From Eledone cirrhosa (taxonomy: Eukaryota): a DNA stretch of 64,000 nt. The notes under the pieces are model-generated. The model was given only the letters and a program-made list of their open reading frames with translations. It was not told the origin of the DNA and searched no databases. The stretch spans positions 435,054,001 to 435,118,000 of the forward strand of contig OZ024740.1 in NCBI GenBank assembly GCA_964016885.1, read 5' to 3'. Positions 1 to 18,000 of this stretch are shown in pieces (the first letter of the stretch is position 1; every line of letters starts with the position of its first letter). Made by a program: the position numbers and the translations under genes.

Positions 1-3000
1 CAGGAATGTAACAATATAGACTATATATCTACACTAGTAGGTCAGACTATATATCTACACTAGTAGGTCAGACTATATAACAATATGGACTATATATCTA
101 CACTAGTAGATCAGACTATATAACAATATAGACTATATATCTACACTAGTAGGTCAGTAATATAACGATATAGACTATATATCTAAACTAGTAGGTCAGA
201 CTATATAACAATATAGACTATATATCTACACTAGTAGATCAGACTATAACAATATAGACTATATATCTACACTAGTAGGTCAGTAATATAACAATATAGA
301 CTATATATCTACACTAGTAGGTCAGACTATATAACAATATAGACTATATATCTACACTAGTAGGTCAGACTATATATCTACACTAGTAGGTCAGACTATA
401 ACAATATAGACTATATATCTACACTAGTAGGTCAGACTATAACAATATAGACTATATATCTACACTAGTAGGTCAGACTATAACAATATAGATTATATAT
501 ATACACTAGTAGGTCAGTAATATAACAATATAGACTATATATCTACACTAGTACGTCAGTAATATAACAATATAGACTATATATCTACACTAGTAGATCA
601 GACTATATAACAATATAGACTATATATCTACACTAGTAGGTCAGTAATATAACAATATAGACTATATATATCTACACTAGTAGGTCAGACTATAACAATA
701 TAGACTATATATCTACACTAGTAGGTCAGACTATAACAATATAGACTATATATCTACACTAGTATATCAGACTGTATAACAATATAGACTATATATCTAC
801 ACTAGTAGGTCAGACTATATAACAATATAGTCTATATATCTACACTAGTAGATCAGACTATATAACAATATAGACTATATAGCAACACTAGTAGGTCAGA
901 CTATAACAATATAGACTATATATCTACACTAGTAGGTCAGACTATAACAATATAGACTATATATCTACACTAGTAGGTCAGACTATAACAATATAGACTA
1001 TATATCTACACTAGTAGGTCAGACTATAACAATATAGACTATATATCTACACTAGTAGCTCAGTAATATAACAATATAGACTATATATCTACACTAGTAG
1101 GTCAGTAATATAACAATATAGACTATATACCTACACTAGTAGGTCAGACTATAACAATATAGACTATATATCTACACTAGTAGGTCAGACTATAACAATA
1201 TAGACTATATATCTACACTAGTAGGTCAGACTATAACAATATAGACTACATATCTACACTAGTAGGTCAGACTATAACAATATAGACTATATATCTACAC
1301 TAGTCGGTCAGTAATATAACAATATAGACTATATATCTACACTAGTAGGTCAGACTATATAACAATATAGTCTATATATCTACACTAGTAGATCAGACTA
1401 TATAACAATATAGACTATATAGCAACACTAGTAGGTCAGACTATAACAATATAGACTATATATCTACACTAGTAGGTCAGACTATAACAATATAGACTAT
1501 ATATCTACACTAGTAGGTCAGACTATAACAATATAGACTATATATCTACACTAGTAGGTCAGACTATAACAATATAGACTATATATCTACACTAGTAGCT
1601 CAGTAATATAACAATATAGACTATATATCTACACTAGTAGGTCAGTAATATAACAATATAGACTATATACCTACACTAGTAGGTCAGACTATAACAATAT
1701 AGACTATATATCTACACTAGTAGGTCAGACTATAACAATATAGACTATATATCTACACTAGTAGGTCAGACTATAACAATATAGACTACATATCTACACT
1801 AGTAGGTCAGACTATAACAATATAGACTATATATCTACACTAGTCGGTCAGTAATATAACAATATAGACTATATATCTACACTAGTAGGTCAGACCATAT
1901 AACAATATAGACTATATATCTACACTAGGAGGTCAGTAATATAACAATATAGTCTATATATCTACACTAGTAGGTCAGACTATAACAATATAGACTATAT
2001 ATCTACACTAGTAGGTCAGACTATAACAATATAGACTATATATCTACACTAGGAGATCAGTAATATAACAATATAGACTATATATCTACACTAGTAGATC
2101 AGACTATATAACAATATAGACTATATATCTACACTAGTAGATCAGACTATATAACAATATAGACTATATATCTACACTAGTAGATCAGACAATAACAAAA
2201 TAGACTATATATCTACACTAGTAGATCAGTAATAAAACAATATAGACTATATATCTACACTAGGAGATCAGTAATATAACAATATAGACTATAAATCTAC
2301 ACTAGTAGGTCAGACTATAACAATATAGACTATATATCTACACTAGTATATCAGACTGTATAACAATATAGTCTATATATCTACACTAGTAGGTCAGACT
2401 ATATAACAATATAGTCTATATATCTACACTAGTAGGTCAGACTATAACAATATAGACTATATATCTACACTAGGAGATCAGTAATATAACAATATAGACT
2501 ATATATCTACACTAGTAGATCAGACTATATAACAATATAGACTATATATCTACACTAGTAGATCAGACTATATAACAATATAGACTATATATCTACACTA
2601 GTAGGTCAGACTATATAACAATATAGTCTATATATCTACACTAGTAGGTCAGACTATAACAATATAGACTATATATCTACACTAGTAGGTCAGACTATAA
2701 CAATATAGACTATATATCTACACTAGTAGGTCAGACTATAACAATATAGACTATATATCTACACTAGTAGGTCAGACTATAACAATATAGACTATATATC
2801 TACACTAGTAGGTCAGACTATAACAATATAGACTATATATCTACACTAGTAGGTCAGACTATAACAATATAGACTATATATCTACACTAGTAGGTCAGAC
2901 TATAACAATATAGACTATATATCTACACTAGGAGATCAGTAATATAACAATATAGACTATATATCTACACTAGTAGATCAGACTATATAACAATATAGAC

Positions 3001-6000
3001 TATATATCTACACTAGTAGGTCAGACTATATATCTACACTAGTAGGTCAGACTATAACAATATAGACTATATATCTACACTAGTAGGTCAGACTATAACA
3101 ATATAGATTATATATCTACACTAGTAGGTCAGTAATATAACAATATAGACTATATATCTACACTAGTAGGTCAGTAATATAACAATATAGACTATATATC
3201 TACACTTGTAGATCAGACTATATAACAATATAGACTATATATCTACACTAGTAGGTCATTAATATAACAATATAGACTATATATATCTACACTAGTAGGT
3301 CAGACTATAACAATATAGACTATATATCTACACTAGTAGGTCAGACTATAACAATATAGACTATATATCTACACTAGTATATCAGACTGTATAACAATAT
3401 AGACTATATATCTACACTAGTAGGTCAGACTATAACAATATAGACTATATATCTACACTAGTAGGTCAGACTATAACAATATAGACTATATATATCTACA
3501 CTAGTAGGTCAGTAATATAACAATATAGACTATATATCTACACTAGTAGGTCAGTAATATAACAATATAGACTATATACCTACACTAGTAGGTCAGACTA
3601 TAACAATATAGACTATATATCTACACTAGTAGGTCAGACTATAACAATATAGACTATATATCTACACTAGTAGGTCAGACTATAACAATATAGACTACAT
3701 ATCTACACTAGTAGGTCAGACTATAACAATATAGACTATATATCTACACTAGTAGGTCAGTAATATAACAATATAGACTATATATCTACACTAATAGGTC
3801 AGTAATATAACAATATAGACTATATATCTACACTAGTAGGTCAGACCATATAACAATATAGACTATATATCTACACTAGGAGGTCAGTAATATAACAATA
3901 TAGTCTATATATCTACACTAGTAGGTCAGACTATATAACAATATAGTCTATATATCTACACTAGTAGGTCAGTAATATAACAATATAGACTATATATCTA
4001 CACTAGTAGGTCAGACTATAACAATATAGACTATATATATACACTAGTAGATCAGACTATATAACAATATAGTCTATATATCTACACTAGTAGGTCAGAC
4101 TATAACAATATAGACTATATATCTACACTAGTAGGTCAGACCATATAACAATATAGACTATATATCTACACTAGGAGGTCAGTAATATAACAATATAGTC
4201 TATATATCTACACTAGTAGGTCAGACTATAACAATATAGACTATATATCTACACTAGTAGGTCAGACTATAACAATATAGACTATATATCTACACTTGGA
4301 GATCCGTAATATAACAATATAGACTATATATCTACACTAGTAGATCAGACTATATAACAATATAGACTATATATCTACACTAGTAGATCAGACTATATAA
4401 CAATATAGACTATATATCTACACTAGTAGGTCAGTAATATAACAATATAGACTATATATCTACACTAGTAGGTCAGACCATATAACAATATAGACTATAT
4501 ATCTACACTAGTAGGTCAGTAATGTAAAAATATAGACTATATATCTACACTAGTAGGTCAGACTATATAACAATATAGACTATATATCTACACTAGTAGA
4601 TCAGACTATATAACAATATAGACTATATATCTACACTAGTAGATCAGACTATATAACAATATAGACTATATATCTACACTAGTAGATCAGACTATAACAA
4701 TATAGACTATATATCTACACTAGTAGGTCAGGAATGTAACAATATAGACTATATATCTACACTAGTAGGTCAGACTATATATCTACACTAGTAGGTCAGA
4801 CTATATAACAATATGGACTATATATCTACACTAGTAGATCAGACTATATAACAATATAGACTATATATCTACACTAGTAGGTCAGTAATATAACGATATA
4901 GACTATATATCTAAACTAGTAGGTCAGACTATATAACAATATAGACTATATATCTACACTAGTAGATCAGACTATAACAATATAGACTATATATCTACAC
5001 TAGTAGGTCAGTAATATAACAATATAGACTATATATCTACACTAGTAGGTCAGACTATATAACAATATAGACTATATATCTACACTAGTAGGTCAGACTA
5101 TATATCTACACTAGTAGGTCAGACTATAACAATATAGACTATATATCTACACTAGTAGGTCAGACTATAACAATATAGACTATATATCTACACTAGTAGG
5201 TCAGACTATAACAATATAGATTATATATATACACTAGTAGGTCAGTAATATAACAATATAGACTATATATCTACACTAGTACGTCAGTAATATAACAATA
5301 TAGACTATATATCTACACTAGTAGATCAGACTATATAACAATATAGACTATATATCTACACTAGTAGGTCAGTAATATAACAATATAGACTATATATATC
5401 TACACTAGTAGGTCAGACTATAACAATATAGACTATATATCTACACTAGTAGGTCAGACTATAACAATATAGACTATATATCTACACTAGTATATCAGAC
5501 TGTATAACAATATAGACTATATATCTACACTAGTAGGTCAGACTATATAACAATATAGTCTATATATCTACACTAGTAGATCAGACTATATAACAATATA
5601 GACTATATAGCAACACTAGTAGGTCAGACTATAACAATATAGACTATATATCTACACTAGTAGGTCAGACTATAACAATATAGACTATATATCTACACTA
5701 GTAGGTCAGACTATAACAATATAGACTATATATCTACACTAGTAGGTCAGACTATAACAATATAGACTATATATCTACACTAGTAGCTCAGTAATATAAC
5801 AATATAGACTATATATCTACACTAGTAGGTCAGTAATATAACAATATAGACTATATACCTACACTAGTAGGTCAGACTATAACAATATAGACTATATATC
5901 TACACTAGTAGGTCAGACTATAACAATATAGACTATATATCTACACTAGTAGGTCAGACTATAACAATATAGACTACATATCTACACTAGTAGGTCAGAC

Positions 6001-9000
6001 TATAACAATATAGACTATATATCTACACTAGTCGGTCAGTAATATAACAATATAGACTATATATCTACACTAGTAGGTCAGACTATATAACAATATAGTC
6101 TATATATCTACACTAGTAGATCAGACTATATAACAATATAGACTATATAGCAACACTAGTAGGTCAGACTATAACAATATAGACTATATATCTACACTAG
6201 TAGGTCAGACTATAACAATATAGACTATATATCTACACTAGTAGGTCAGACTATAACAATATAGACTATATATCTACACTAGTAGGTCAGACTATAACAA
6301 TATAGACTATATATCTACACTAGTAGCTCAGTAATATAACAATATAGACTATATATCTACACTAGTAGGTCAGTAATATAACAATATAGACTATATACCT
6401 ACACTAGTAGGTCAGACTATAACAATATAGACTATATATCTACACTAGTAGGTCAGACTATAACAATATAGACTATATATCTACACTAGTAGGTCAGACT
6501 ATAACAATATAGACTACATATCTACACTAGTAGGTCAGACTATAACAATATAGACTATATATCTACACTAGTCGGTCAGTAATATAACAATATAGACTAT
6601 ATATCTACACTAGTAGGTCAGACCATATAACAATATAGACTATATATCTACACTAGGAGGTCAGTAATATAACAATATAGTCTATATATCTACACTAGTA
6701 GGTCAGACTATAACAATATAGACTATATATCTACACTAGTAGGTCAGACTATAACAATATAGACTATATATCTACACTAGGAGATCAGTAATATAACAAT
6801 ATAGACTATATATCTACACTAGTAGATCAGACTATATAACAATATAGACTATATATCTACACTAGTAGATCAGACTATATAACAATATAGACTATATATC
6901 TACACTAGTAGATCAGACAATAACAAAATAGACTATATATCTACACTAGTAGATCAGTAATAAAACAATATAGACTATATATCTACACTAGGAGATCAGT
7001 AATATAACAATATAGACTATAAATCTACACTAGTAGGTCAGACTATAACAATATAGACTATATATCTACACTAGTATATCAGACTGTATAACAATATAGA
7101 CTATATATCTACATTAGTAGGTCAGACTATATAACAATATAGTCTATATATCTACACTAGTAGATCAGACTATATAACAATATAGACTATATAGCTACAC
7201 TAGTAGGTCAGACTATAACAATATAGACTATATATCTACACTAGTAGGTCAGACTATAACAATATAGACTATATATCTACACTAGTAGGTCAGACTATAA
7301 CAATATAGACTATATATCTACACTAGTAGGTCAGACTATAACAATATAGACTATATATCTACACTAGTAGCTCAGTAATATAACAATATAGACTATATAT
7401 CTACACTAGTAGGTCAGTAATATAACAATATAGACTATATACCTACACTAGTAGGTCAGACTATAACAATATAAACTATATATCTACACTAGTAGGTCAG
7501 ACTATAACAATATAGACTATATTTCTACACTAGTAGGTCAGACTATAACAATATAGACTACATATCTACACTAGTAGGTCAGACTATAACAATATAGACT
7601 ATATATCTACACTAGTAGGTCAGTAATATAACAATATAGACTATATATCTACACTAGTAGGTCAGACCATATAACAATATAGACTATATATCTACACTAG
7701 GAGGTCAGTAATATAACAATATAGTCTATATATCTACACTAGTAGGTCAGACTATAACAATATAGACTATATATCTACACTAGTAGGTCAGACTATAACA
7801 ATATAGACTATATATCTACACTAGGAGATCAGTAATATAACAATATAGACTATATATCTACACTAGTAGATCAGACTATATAACAATATAGACTATATAT
7901 CTACACTAGTAGATCAGACTATATAACAATATAGACTATATATCTACACTAGTAGATCAGACAATAACAAAATAGACTATATATCTACACTAGTAGATCA
8001 GTAATAAAACAATATAGACTATATATCTACACTAGGAGATCAGTAATATAACAATATAGACTATAAATCTACACTAGTAGGTCAGACTATAACAATATAG
8101 ACTATATATCTACACTAGTATATCAGACTGTATAACAATATAGTCTATATATCTACACTAGTAGGTCAGACTATATAACAATATAGTCTATATATCTACA
8201 CTAGTAGGTCAGACTATAACAATATAGACTATATATCTACACTAGGAGATCAGTAATATAACAATATAGACTATATATCTACACTAGTAGATCAGACTAT
8301 ATAACAATATAGACTATATATCTACACTAGTAGATCAGACTATATAACAATATAGACTATATATCTACACTAGTAGGTCAGACTATATAACAATATAGTC
8401 TATATATCTACACTAGTAGGTCAGACTATAACAATATAGACTATATATCTACACTAGTAGGTCAGACTATAACAATATAGACTATATATCTACACTAGTA
8501 GGTCAGACTATAACAATATAGACTATATATCTACACTAGTAGGTCAGACTATAACAATATAGACTATATATCTACACTAGTAGGTCAGACTATAACAATA
8601 TAGACTATATATCTACACTAGTAGGTCAGACTATAACAATATAGACTATATATCTACACTAGTAGGTCAGACTATAACAATATAGACTATATATCTACAC
8701 TAGGAGATCAGTAATATAACAATATAGACTATATATCTACACTAGTAGATCAGACTATATAACAATATAGACTATATATCTACACTAGTAGGTCAGACTA
8801 TATATCTACACTAGTAGGTCAGACTATAACAATATAGACTATATATCTACACTAGTAGGTCAGACTATAACAATATAGATTATATATCTACACTAGTAGG
8901 TCAGTAATATAACAATATAGACTATATATCTACACTAGTAGGTCAGTAATATAACAATATAGACTATATATCTACACTTGTAGATCAGACTATATAACAA

Positions 9001-12000
9001 TATAGACTATATATCTACACTAGTAGGTCATTAATATAACAATATAGACTATATATATCTACACTAGTAGGTCAGACTATAACAATATAGACTATATATC
9101 TACACTAGTAGGTCAGACTATAACAATATAGACTATATATCTACACTAGTATATCAGACTGTATAACAATATAGACTATATATCTACACTAGTAGGTCAG
9201 ACTATAACAATATAGACTATATATCTACACTAGTAGGTCAGACTATAACAATATAGACTATATATATCTACACTAGTAGGTCAGTAATATAACAATATAG
9301 ACTATATATCTACACTAGTAGGTCAGTAATATAACAATATAGACTATATACCTACACTAGTAGGTCAGACTATAACAATATAGACTATATATCTACACTA
9401 GTAGGTCAGACTATAACAATATAGACTCTATATTTACACTAGTAGGTCAGACTATAACAATATAGACTACATATCTACACTAGTAGGTCAGACTATAACA
9501 ATATAGACTATATATCTACACTAGTAGGTCAGTAATATAACAATATAGACTATATATCTACACTAATAGGTCAGTAATATAACAATATAGACTATATATC
9601 TACACTAGTAGGTCAGACCATATAACAATATAGACTATATATCTACACTAGGAGGTCAGTAATATAACAATATAGTCTATATATCTACACTAGTAGGTCA
9701 GACTATATAACAATATAGTCTATATATCTACACTAGTAGGTCAGTAATATAACAATATAGACTATATATCTACACTAGTAGGTCAGACTATAACAATATA
9801 GACTATATATATACACTAGTAGATCAGACTATATAACAATATAGTCTATATATCTACACTAGTAGGTCAGACTATAACAATATAGACTATATATCTACAC
9901 TAGTAGGTCAGACCATATAACAATATAGACTATATATCTACACTAGGAGGTCAGTAATATAACAATATAGTCTATATATCTACACTAGTAGGTCAGACTA
10001 TAACAATATAGACTATATATCTACACTAGTAGGTCAGACTATAACAATATAGACTATATATCTACACTTGGAGATCCGTAATATAACAATATAGACTATA
10101 TATCTACACTAGTAGATCAGACTATATAACAATATAGACTATATATCTACACTAGTAGATCAGACTATATAACAATATAGACTATATATCTACACTAGTA
10201 GGTCAGTAATATAACAATATAGACTATATATCTACACTAGTAGGTCAGACCATATAACAATATAGACTATATATCTACACTAGTAGGTCAGTAATGTAAA
10301 AATATAGACTATATATCTACACTAGTAGGTCAGACTATATAACAATATAGACTATATATCTACACTAGTAGATCAGACTATATAACAATATAGACTATAT
10401 ATCTACACTAGTAGATCAGACTATATAACAATATAGACTATATATCTACACTAGTAGATCAGACTATAACAATATAGACTATATATCTACACTAGTAGGT
10501 CAGGAATGTAACAATATAGACTATATATCTACACTAGTAGGTCAGACTATATATCTACACTAGTAGGTCAGACTATATAACAATATGGACTATATATCTA
10601 CACTAGTAGATCAGACTATATAACAATATAGACTATATATCTACACTAGTAGGTCAGTAATATAACGATATAGACTATATATCTAAACTAGTAGGTCAGA
10701 CTATATAACAATATAGACTATATATCTACACTAGTAGATCAGACTATAACAATATAGACTATATATCTACACTAGTAGGTCAGTAATATAACAATATAGA
10801 CTATATATCTACACTAGTAGGTCAGACTATATAACAATATAGACTATATATCTACACTAGTAGGTCAGACTATATATCTACACTAGTAGGTCAGACTATA
10901 ACAATATAGACTATATATCTACACTAGTAGGTCAGACTATAACAATATAGACTATATATCTACACTAGTAGGTCAGACTATAACAATATAGATTATATAT
11001 ATACACTAGTAGGTCAGTAATATAACAATATAGACTATATATCTACACTAGTACGTCAGTAATATAACAATATAGACTATATATCTACACTAGTAGATCA
11101 GACTATATAACAATATAGACTATATATCTACACTAGTAGGTCAGTAATATAACAATATAGACTATATATATCTACACTAGTAGGTCAGACTATAACAATA
11201 TAGACTATATATCTACACTAGTAGGTCAGACTATAACAATATAGACTATATATCTACACTAGTATATCAGACTGTATAACAATATAGACTATATATCTAC
11301 ACTAGTAGGTCAGACTATATAACAATATAGTCTATATATCTACACTAGTAGATCAGACTATATAACAATATAGACTATATAGCAACACTAGTAGGTCAGA
11401 CTATAACAATATAGACTATATATCTACACTAGTAGGTCAGACTATAACAATATAGACTATATATCTACACTAGTAGGTCAGACTATAACAATATAGACTA
11501 TATATCTACACTAGTAGGTCAGACTATAACAATATAGACTATATATCTACACTAGTAGCTCAGTAATATAACAATATAGACTATATATCTACACTAGTAG
11601 GTCAGTAATATAACAATATAGACTATATACCTACACTAGTAGGTCAGACTATAACAATATAGACTATATATCTACACTAGTAGGTCAGACTATAACAATA
11701 TAGACTATATATCTACACTAGTAGGTCAGACTATAACAATATAGACTACATATCTACACTAGTAGGTCAGACTATAACAATATAGACTATATATCTACAC
11801 TAGTCGGTCAGTAATATAACAATATAGACTATATATCTACACTAGTAGGTCAGACTATATAACAATATAGTCTATATATCTACACTAGTAGATCAGACTA
11901 TATAACAATATAGACTATATAGCAACACTAGTAGGTCAGACTATAACAATATAGACTATATATCTACACTAGTAGGTCAGACTATAACAATATAGACTAT

Positions 12001-15000
12001 ATATCTACACTAGTAGGTCAGACTATAACAATATAGACTATATATCTACACTAGTAGGTCAGACTATAACAATATAGACTATATATCTACACTAGTAGCT
12101 CAGTAATATAACAATATAGACTATATATCTACACTAGTAGGTCAGTAATATAACAATATAGACTATATACCTACACTAGTAGGTCAGACTATAACAATAT
12201 AGACTATATATCTACACTAGTAGGTCAGACTATAACAATATAGACTATATATCTACACTAGTAGGTCAGACTATAACAATATAGACTACATATCTACACT
12301 AGTAGGTCAGACTATAACAATATAGACTATATATCTACACTAGTCGGTCAGTAATATAACAATATAGACTATATATCTACACTAGTAGGTCAGACCATAT
12401 AACAATATAGACTATATATCTACACTAGGAGGTCAGTAATATAACAATATAGTCTATATATCTACACTAGTAGGTCAGACTATAACAATATAGACTATAT
12501 ATCTACACTAGTAGGTCAGACTATAACAATATAGACTATATATCTACACTAGGAGATCAGTAATATAACAATATAGACTATATATCTACACTAGTAGATC
12601 AGACTATATAACAATATAGACTATATATCTACACTAGTAGATCAGACTATATAACAATATAGACTATATATCTACACTAGTAGATCAGACAATAACAAAA
12701 TAGACTATATATCTACACTAGTAGATCAGTAATAAAACAATATAGACTATATATCTACACTAGGAGATCAGTAATATAACAATATAGACTATAAATCTAC
12801 ACTAGTAGGTCAGACTATAACAATATAGACTATATATCTACACTAGTATATCAGACTGTATAACAATATAGACTATATATCTACATTAGTAGGTCAGACT
12901 ATATAACAATATAGTCTATATATCTACACTAGTAGATCAGACTATATAACAATATAGACTATATAGCTACACTAGTAGGTCAGACTATAACAATATAGAC
13001 TATATATCTACACTAGTAGGTCAGACTATAACAATATAGACTATATATCTACACTAGTAGGTCAGACTATAACAATATAGACTATATATCTACACTAGTA
13101 GGTCAGACTATAACAATATAGACTATATATCTACACTAGTAGCTCAGTAATATAACAATATAGACTATATATCTACACTAGTAGGTCAGTAATATAACAA
13201 TATAGACTATATACCTACACTAGTAGGTCAGACTATAACAATATAAACTATATATCTACACTAGTAGGTCAGACTATAACAATATAGACTATATTTCTAC
13301 ACTAGTAGGTCAGACTATAACAATATAGACTACATATCTACACTAGTAGGTCAGACTATAACAATATAGACTATATATCTACACTAGTAGGTCAGTAATA
13401 TAACAATATAGACTATATATCTACACTAGTAGGTCAGACCATATAACAATATAGACTATATATCTACACTAGGAGGTCAGTAATATAACAATATAGTCTA
13501 TATATCTACACTAGTAGGTCAGACTATAACAATATAGACTATATATCTACACTAGTAGGTCAGACTATAACAATATAGACTATATATCTACACTAGGAGA
13601 TCAGTAATATAACAATATAGACTATATATCTACACTAGTAGATCAGACTATATAACAATATACACTATATATCTACACTAGTAGATCAGACTATATAACA
13701 ATATAGACTATATATCTACACTAGTACGTCAGTAATATAACAATATAGACTATATATCTACACTAGTAGGTCAGTAATATAACAATATAGACTATATATA
13801 TACACTACTAGGTCAGACTATATAACAAAATAGACTATATATCTACACTAGTAGATCAGACTATAACAAAATAGATTATATATCTACACTAGTAGATCAG
13901 ACTATAACAAAATAGACTAAATATCTACACTAGTAGGTCAGTAATATAACAATATAGACTATATATCTACACTAGTAGATCAGACTATATAACAATATAG
14001 GCTATATATCTACACTAGTAGGTCAGACTATAACAATATAGACTATATATGTACACTAGTAGGTCAGTAATATAACAATATAGACTATATATCTACACTA
14101 GTAGATCAGACTATATAACAATATAGACTATATATCTACACTAGTAGATCAGACTATATAACAATATAGACTATATATCTACACTAGTAGTTCAGACTAT
14201 AACAATATAGACTATATATCTACACTAGTAGGTCAGTAATATAACAATATAGACAATATATCTACACTAGTAGATCAGACTACATAACAATATAGACTAT
14301 ATATCTACACTAGTAGGTCATACTATATGACAATATAAACTATATATCTACACTAGTAGATCAGACTATATAACAAAATAGACTATATATCTACACTAGT
14401 AGGTCAGACTATAACAATATAGACTATATATCTACACTAGTAGGTCAGACTATAACAATATAGACTATATATCTACACTAGTAGGTCAGACTATAACAAT
14501 ATAGACTATATATCTACACTAGTAGGTCAGACCATATAACAATATAGACTATATATCTACACTATGAGGTCAGTAATATAACAATATAGTCTATATATCT
14601 ACACTAGTAGGTCAGACTATAACAATATAGACTATATATCTACACTAGTAGGTCAGACTATAACAATATAGACTATATATCTACACTAGGAGATCAGTAA
14701 TATAACAATATAGACTATATATCTACACTAGTAGATCAGACTATATAACAATATACACTATATATCTACACTAGTAGATCAGACTATATAACAATATAGA
14801 CTATATATCTACACTAGTAGATCAGACAATAACAAAATAGACTATATATCTACACTAGTAGATCAGTAATAAAACAATATAGACTATATATCTACACTAG
14901 TAGGTCAGACTATATAACAATATAGACTATATATCTACACTAGTAGGTCAGACTATATAACAATATAGTCTATATATCTACACTAGTAGGTCAGACTATA

Positions 15001-18000
15001 TAACAATATAGACTATATATCTACACTAGTAGGTCAGACTATAACAATATAGACTATATACCTACACTAGTAGGTCAGACTATAACAATATAGACTATAT
15101 ATCTACACTAGTAGGTCAGTAATATAACAATATAGACTATATATCTACACTAGTAGGTCAGACTATAACAATATAGACTATATATCTACACTAGTAGGTC
15201 AGTAATATAACAATATAGACTATATATCTACACTAGTAGGTCAGTAATATAACAATATAGACTATATATCTACACTAGTAGGTCAGACCATATAACAATA
15301 TAGGCTATATATCTACACTAGGAGGTCAGTAATATAACAATATAGTCTATATATCTACACTAGTAGGTCAGACTATATAACAATATAGTCTATATATCTA
15401 CACTAGTAGGTCAGACTATAACAATATAGACTATATATCTACACTAGTAGGTCAGACTATAACAATATAGACTATATATCTACACTAGGAGATCAGTAAT
15501 ATAACAATATAGACTATATATCTACACTAGTAGATCAGACTATATAACAATATAGACTATATATCTACACTAGTAGATCAGACTATATAACAATATAGAC
15601 TATATATCTACACTAGTAGGTCAGACTATAACAATATAGACTATATATCTACACTAGTAGGTCAGACTATAGCAATATAGACTATATGTCTACACTAGTA
15701 GGTCAGACCATATAACAATATAGACTATATATCTACACTAGGAGATCAGTAATATAACAATATAGACTATATATCTACACTAGTAGATCAGACTATATAA
15801 CAATATAGACTATATATCTACACTAGTAGATCAGACTATATAACAATATAGACTATATAAATACACTAGTAGATCAGACAATAACAAAATAGACTATATA
15901 TCTACACTAGTAGATCAGTAATAAAACAATATAGACTATATATCTACACTAGTAGGTCAGACTATATAACAATATAGACTATATATCTACACTAGTAGGT
16001 CAGACTATATAACAATATAGTCTATATATCTACACTAGTAGGTCAGACTATATATCTACACTAGTAGGTCAGACTATAACAATATAGACTATATACCTAC
16101 ACTAGTAGGTTAGACTATAACAATATAGACTATATATCTACACTAGTAGGTCAGTAATATAACAATATAGACTATATATCTACACTAGTAGGTCAGACTA
16201 TAACAATATAGACTATATATCTACACTAGTAGGTCAGTAATATAACAATATAGACTATATATCTACACTAGTAGGTCAGTAATATAACAATATAGACTAT
16301 ATATCTACACTAGTAGGTCAGACCATATAACAATATAAACTATAAATCTACACTAGGAGGTCAGTAATATAACAATATAGTCTATATATCTACACTAGTA
16401 GGTCAGACTATATAACAATATAGTCTATATATCTACACTAGTAGGTCAGTAATATAACAATATAGACTATATATCTACACTAGTAGGTTAGACTATAACA
16501 ATATAGACTATATATCTACACTAGTAGGTCAGACTATAACAATATAGACTATCTATCTACACTAGTAGGTCAGACTATAACAATATAGACTATATATCTA
16601 CACTAGTAGATCAGACTATAACAAAATAGACTAAATATCTACACTAGTAGGTCAGTAATATAACAATATAGACTATATATCTACACTAGTAGATCAGACT
16701 ATATAACAATATAGGCAATATATCTACACTAGTAGGTCAGACTATAACAATATAGACTATATATCTACACTAGTAGGTCAGTAATATAACAATATGGACT
16801 ATATATCTACACTAGTAGATCAGACTATATAACAATATAGACTATATATCTACACTAGTAGATCAGACTATATAACAATATAGACTATATATCTACACTA
16901 GTAGGTCAGACTATAACAATATAGACTATATATCTACACTAGTAGGTCAGTAATATAACAATATAGACTATATATCTACACTAGTAGATCAGACTATATA
17001 ACAATATAGACTATACATCTACACTAGTAGGTCATACTATATAACAATATAGACTATATATCTACACTAGTAGATCAGACTATATAACAATATAGACTAT
17101 ATATCTACACTAGTAGGTCAGACTATAACAATATAGACTATATATCTACACTAGTAGGTCAGACTATAACAATATAGACTATATATCTACACTAGTAGGT
17201 CAGACCATATAACAATATAGACTATATATCTACACTAGGAGATCAGTAATATAACAATATAGTCTATATATCTACACTAGTAGGTCAGACTATAACAATA
17301 TAGACTATATATCTACACTAGTAGGTCAGACTATAACAATATAGACTATATATCTACACTAGGAGTTCAGTAATATAACAATATAGACTATATATCTACA
17401 CTAGTAGATCAGACTATATAACAATATAGACTATATATCTACACTAGTAGATCAGACTATATAACAATATAGACTATATATCTACACTAGTAGATCAGAC
17501 AATAACAAAATAGACTATATATCTACACTAGTAGATCAGTAATAAAACAATATAGACTATATATCTACACTAGTAGGTCAGACTATATAACAATATAGAC
17601 TATATATCTACACTAGTAGGTCAGACTATATAACAATATAGTCTATATATCTACACTAGTAGGTCAGACTATATAACAATATAGACTATATATCTACACT
17701 AGTAGGGCAGACTATAACAATATAGACTATATACCTACACTAGTAGGTCAGACTATAAAAATATAGACTATATATCTACACTAGTAGGTCAGTAATATAA
17801 CAATATAGACTATATATCTACACTAGTAGGTCAGACTATAACAATATAGACTATATATCTACACTAGTAGGTCAGTAATATAACAATATAGACTATATAT
17901 CTACACTAGTAGGTCAGTAATATAACAATATAGACTATATATCTACACTAGTAGGTCAGACCATATAACAATATAGACTATATATCTACACTAGGAGGTC

